Shown: in pieces, positions 59,879 to 64,000 of the stretch | Layout of the letters: every line of letters starts with the position of its first letter | Numbering within the stretch: the stretch's first letter is position 1 | Assembly (NCBI GenBank): GCA_028289815.1 | Contig: JAPYNQ010000020.1 | Location: 263 to 64,262, forward strand | From: Gammaproteobacteria bacterium | GTDB taxonomy: Bacteria; Pseudomonadota; Gammaproteobacteria; JAJDYQ01 | Direction: 5' to 3' | Length of the DNA stretch: 64,000 nt | The notes under the pieces: generated by a model | Databases searched by the model: none | The model's input: the letters and a program-made list of their open reading frames with translations, nothing else | What the model was told of the DNA's origin: nothing | Position numbers and translations under genes: made by a program

Positions 59879-61102
59879 TCAGGAACGGTAGTTCGCATTG
59901 ATATTGACATATCCATGAGAAAGATCACTTGTCAGTATTTCAATTTCACTATGCCCCTGATTCATATCAATCGTGATGGTTATTTCGTCGCGCCGCATAA
60001 CCTGCTTGCCATCCTCTTCGGTGTACCACTTATCTTTTTCGCCTCCGCGGATAATGCAGACATCATCCAGCAGGATATTAACTTTTGCCGAATCGAAAGG
60101 TTCAATCGGGGCCCGTCCTACAGCGGCCAGGATGCGTCCCCAGTTGGGGTCCTGACCGAATAATGCTGTTTTTACCAACGGTGAAAGAGCAACCGCGTAA
60201 CCAATGGCTTTACACTCGTCGCGGTTACGCCCTCCGACCACCCTGACGCGAGCCAATTTGGATGCGCCTTCACCGTCGCGCACAATAAGTTCAGCGAGCC
60301 GCCCACATACCAATGCAAGTTTGGCTGTAAAGACATCATAAATCGTGTCGTTCTCAGATACCGATAATCTACCTTTTCCGGTTGCGCAAACAACGCAGGC
60401 GTCGTTAGTGGATGTATCACCGTCAATCGTAATACAGTTAAAGCTGTCATCAACCGCGGCTTGCAATGCTCGCTGCAACAATGATTGGGTGATAGTCGCA
60501 TCGGTGGCCAGAAATGCCAGCATTGTTGCCATATTGGGATGAATCATGCCGGCACCTTTGCCGATCCCGGTAATTCTGCAATCCCGTCCGTTGATGGAAA
60601 AGTTCTCCACGACGATCTTTGCCACCGTATCAGTAGTCATAATTGCCTGTGCGGCGGCCTGCCAGTTTTCAGAATTCAGATTCTGCAGCGCCCTGTCAAT
60701 TCCCGCTCTGATTTTATCCATCGGCAGATACTCACCGATAACTCCGGTGGAGAAGGGCAGTATTGACTCTGCCGACACTTGCTGGATCTCAGCCAAGTGC
60801 CGGCAATACCGAAGCGCGTCTTCCAACCCCTGCCTGCCGGTACCGGCATTTGCATTACCAGCATTTATAATCAGATACGTGGGAGAGCCCGCCTGAAGAT
60901 GTTTGCCAGCGACAATAACCGGTGCCGCTGCAAACAGATTGCGAGTAAACGTCGCGGCTGTCACAGTACCCTCAGCCAGCGAAAAAACAACGAGGTCATT
61001 ACGATTACTGTAATGAACGCCTGTATCGGCAGTACCTATTTTAATTCCGTTAATCGTATATTGATGCGCTGCCAGGACCTTATGATGGGTCGAGAGTGCC
61101 AT
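59879..61102 (-). CDS. argJ: Ornithine acetyltransferase / N-acetylglutamate synthase
   Basis: NAGNANAGTG, STGVIG, MTTDT, KGAGMIHPNMATML, DGDTSTND, DPNWGRI, INANYRS. Confidence 0.96.
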   Translation of the reverse strand: MALSTHHKVLAAHQYTINGIKIGTADTGVHYSNRNDLVVFSLAEGTVTAATFTRNLFAAAPVIVAGKHLQAGSPTYLIINAGNANAGTGRQGLEDALRYCRHLAEIQQVSAESILPFSTGVIGEYLPMDKIRAGIDRALQNLNSENWQAAAQAIMTTDTVAKIVVENFSINGRDCRITGIGKGAGMIHPNMATMLAFLATDATITQSLLQRALQAAVDDSFNCITIDGDTSTNDACVVCATGKGRLSVSENDTIYDVFTAKLALVCGRLAELIVRDGEGASKLARVRVVGGRNRDECKAIGYAVALSPLVKTALFGQDPNWGRILAAVGRAPIEPFDSAKVNILLDDVCIIRGGEKDKWYTEEDGKQVMRRDEITITIDMNQGHSEIEILTSDLSHGYVNINANYRS

Positions 61103-61406
61103 TAGCATTCCTCTTAATATGCTTTAATCAGGGAAAAGATCACATTTTTATTTTTCGTTCTCAGACAAGTCCGTGATGGATTGATTCAGAGCAAGTGACG
61201 AATGATAATATCAACAATCGCGGAAGGCAGACGGTAAAAATAAAGCCGGTGCCGACAAAAAAACAGCTCCGGGCAGAACCGGGGTCATTTTCTAGCTATT
61301 GTAAGGATTCTCGACTTTCGGGTATATCCGGCCCCCGGATACTGCTTCCGGAATTAAATGCGTTAGAATACCCGATGATCTCCAGCTATCCGGATTCGTA
61401 GCCTGA

Positions 61407-62414
61407 ATGCCCAGTTTCCAGCAATTTCCCTCCTCAAAAGTACAATATGTACGCATAGCCCGCGATGAGGCTGGTCAACGTATAGATAATTTTCTGATAC
61501 GATGGCTTAAGGGGGTGCCTAAAAGCCATATTTACCGTGTTCTTCGTAAAGGTGAGATCAGAGTCAATAAAGGGCGCATCAAACCTGCATATAAGTTAGC
61601 TGTGAATGATGAAGTGCGCTTGCCACCTGTCAGGTATGCTGAGCGTGGGGTGTATCGCCCGCCTGATAACGTGCTGGCAAAAATCGAATCCCGTATTGTC
61701 TACGAAGATGATCGGATTATGGTTTTGAATAAACCTCCCGATCTTGCGGTACATGCCGGTTCAGGAGTTAATTATGGTGTAATTGATGCTTTGCGATCAC
61801 TACAGCCCGGAAAATCGCTTTTCCTGGTACACCGCTTGGACCGCGAAACCAGCGGCTGCTTATTAATTGCGCGTGACCGCCCGGCAATGTTGTCGCTGCA
61901 CAAGGCGATACGTGATGGTGAAATTGATAAATACTACACCGCATTGCTGATGGGTAATTGGAGGCGGGGCAAGCAAATGATTGATATTTCGTTGCAGCGA
62001 CACAGAAACCGGAATGGCGGATGCTCGGCACAGGCCTCCGCAAAGGGTAAACGTGCTGTCTCAATATTTCACCCGTTACGGGAATATGCAGGTGGTGAAC
62101 ATGCCACTACCGCGACCCTGGTGAAAATCAAGCTGGTAACAGGCCGCACACATCAAATCCGTATCCATGCCCGGGAAATCGGGCATCCACTGGCGGGGGA
62201 CTGCCGTTATGGCAACAGCCGCTTTAACCGGGAAATGAAGGCCAACGGCCTGAGGCGTGCCTTCCTGCATGCCGGGTCTGTCGAGTTTCCTCATCCTGAT
62301 GACGGTCGCAAAATACGGATCGAATCGCTGCTGGATGAAGATTTACAACAAATCCTGAGTCGTTTGCAGGAACGAAAGATAATAAGGCACCATGAATACC
62401 ACAAAGTCGTTTGA
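61407..62414 (+). CDS. rluC: 23S rRNA pseudouridine synthase C
   Basis: GQRIDNFL..LKGVPKS.IYR..RKGEIRVN S4 domain, VHRLDRETSG, TGRTHQIR. Confidence 0.93.
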   Translation: MPSFQQFPSSKVQYVRIARDEAGQRIDNFLIRWLKGVPKSHIYRVLRKGEIRVNKGRIKPAYKLAVNDEVRLPPVRYAERGVYRPPDNVLAKIESRIVYEDDRIMVLNKPPDLAVHAGSGVNYGVIDALRSLQPGKSLFLVHRLDRETSGCLLIARDRPAMLSLHKAIRDGEIDKYYTALLMGNWRRGKQMIDISLQRHRNRNGGCSAQASAKGKRAVSIFHPLREYAGGEHATTATLVKIKLVTGRTHQIRIHAREIGHPLAGDCRYGNSRFNREMKANGLRRAFLHAGSVEFPHPDDGRKIRIESLLDEDLQQILSRLQERKIIRHHEYHKVV

Positions 62415-63087
62415 GCTGATTGTGTTTGATTGGGACGGCACATTGATGGACTCACACGCCCAGATTGTCCATTGTATGCGTCAAGCGTTGTACGACTGCC
62501 GACTGCCTGATATGAGTGACTTTGAACTTCAGCAGGTAATTGGTCTGGGCCTGCATGAAGCGGTTCAACGGCTTTTGCCGGAAGCACCTGATACCGCTAT
62601 TGAGCAAGTGGTTGAGGCTTACCGGACGCGCTGGCTGTCTTCGCCGCCGAGAGCAAGCCGATTTTTTGCAGGAATTGAAACACTGCTTTACAAGTTGTCG
62701 AATAAAGATGTGCTCATGGCGGTAGCAACAGGTAAAAGCCGCAAAGGCCTGGACAGACAATTTGCTGAAACTGATACCGGACATCTGTTTGCGGCCTCCT
62801 GTTGTGCAGATGAATACCGATCAAAACCTGCACCTGACATGCTCCTGGAAATTCTTGAAACATTGGTTCAAAAACCGGAAGATGCGCTCGTGGTCGGTGA
62901 CAGCACCTACGACATGCAAATGGCTCAATGCGCCGGGGTTGCGCGGTTGGCAGTGGGTTATGGCGTACATAATATCGGGCAGTTAGGCATATATGATCCC
63001 ATCGGCGTGATGAATACCCCGAGCGAGCTCGTAAACTGGTTTGAGCTCAATATACTGCAAGATGTTGCAACAGAGAACCGTAAGTGA
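62392..63087 (+). CDS. HAD-IA family hydrolase
   Basis: FDWDGTLMDS, VATGKSR, SKPAP, VGDSTYD. Confidence 0.92.
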   Translation: MNTTKSFELIVFDWDGTLMDSHAQIVHCMRQALYDCRLPDMSDFELQQVIGLGLHEAVQRLLPEAPDTAIEQVVEAYRTRWLSSPPRASRFFAGIETLLYKLSNKDVLMAVATGKSRKGLDRQFAETDTGHLFAASCCADEYRSKPAPDMLLEILETLVQKPEDALVVGDSTYDMQMAQCAGVARLAVGYGVHNIGQLGIYDPIGVMNTPSELVNWFELNILQDVATENRK

Positions 63088-63168
63088 CTATCTTATGCAG
63101 GCTGGCGGCCTGCTGTAAAAAATTTTGTTTATATCAGGCTTTCTCAAGGCCTGTCTGAGGTAAATACC

Positions 63169-64000
63169 ATGATGGATGAAAAAACCGGAAAAACGACGAA
63201 TTTTGAGCAGGATGTCATAGAGAAGCTCGCCTTTGCGGCCATTACCGAGCAACGCCGGGCGAGGCGGTGGAGAATATTTTTCATCTCCCTGTTTTTTATT
63301 TATCTGCTTTCGGTTCCACTGTTGATGAGCGGAGGGCTGCAATTCGATGTGGAAATCAACAAAAAACACACGGCACTTGTTGATTTGGATGGCATTATCA
63401 GCCCGGGGGCAGAAGCCAGTGCCGACAAGATAGTGACGGCACTGCGGGAAGCCTTCGCAGACGAGAATACGGCAGGGGTTATTCTGAGGATCAATAGTCC
63501 GGGAGGGAGCCCGGTTCAGTCCAGTTATATCTACAGGGAAATGAAACGTCTGCGCGGCAAATACCCGGACATACCACTGTATTCGGTTATCTCCGACCTG
63601 TGCGCATCCGGTGGTTACTATGTTGCCGTAGGTGCCGACAGGATTTATGCAAATGAATCCAGTATTGTCGGTTCCATTGGCGTCATTATGAACGGTTTTG
63701 GTTTCGAGGGAGCCATGAAAAAGCTGGGCGTGGAACGCCGTTTATTAACAGCAGGAGAACACAAGGCCTTACTGGACCCGTTCTCACCGATGGATGAGAC
63801 TGAAAGGGCCCATCTTCAGCTTATGCTGACAGAGGTCCATGAAGAGTTTATAGCAACGGTACGAGAGGGGCGAGGTGATCGACTGCCTGATGATGAAACC
63901 TTGTTCAGTGGCCTGGTCTGGACCGGAGAAAGAGCCAGGCAGCTGGGATTGATAGACGAGTTTGGCAGTGCCGGATATGTCGCCCGAGAAGTTATCAAGG
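63169..64000 (+). CDS. S49 family peptidase (SppA-like), truncated by window end
   Basis: Own translation MMDEK..EQRRARRWRIFF, LRINSPGGSPVQS, CASGGYY, IVGSIGV, FSGLVWTG; not in ORF track because there is no stop. Confidence 0.92.
   Translation, partial: MMDEKTGKTTNFEQDVIEKLAFAAITEQRRARRWRIFFISLFFIYLLSVPLLMSGGLQFDVEINKKHTALVDLDGIISPGAEASADKIVTALREAFADENTAGVILRINSPGGSPVQSSYIYREMKRLRGKYPDIPLYSVISDLCASGGYYVAVGADRIYANESSIVGSIGVIMNGFGFEGAMKKLGVERRLLTAGEHKALLDPFSPMDETERAHLQLMLTEVHEEFIATVREGRGDRLPDDETLFSGLVWTGERARQLGLIDEFGSAGYVAREVIK

Overview
This is a gammaproteobacterial chromosomal segment. Its intact housekeeping backbone includes gltBD, hemE/hemB, folC-dedD-cvpA-purF, metK, lolE/lolD, kdsA, gyrA-serC-pheA-hisC-tyrA-aroA-cmk-rpsA-ihfB-lapB, argJ and rluC-HAD-S49. 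Many decayed genes are interspersed: a Ser/Thr kinase, a whole Zn-protease/rimK/deacylase operon, an RND transporter, a NYN protein and serA, plus IS1634, IS481 and IS5 relics and MITE-like repeats. This pattern suggests a genome in early-to-mid erosion, such as a host-associated lineage (inference). The main accessory elements are: (i) an intact, translationally coupled pair of DUF262 (GmrSD-like) genes without a type I R-M locus; (ii) a decayed integrase-less integron cassette array between lolD and kdsA, with two attC-like sites, an HNH nuclease cassette and a frameshifted cassette whose C-terminal half is missing from the ORF track; (iii) a complete bufferin-type MNIO RiPP cluster; and (iv) an orphan ArsS-like radical SAM gene and an orphan PPTase. 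No rRNA, tRNA or CRISPR array was seen. All family assignments come from motif recognition by eye; no database searches were run.
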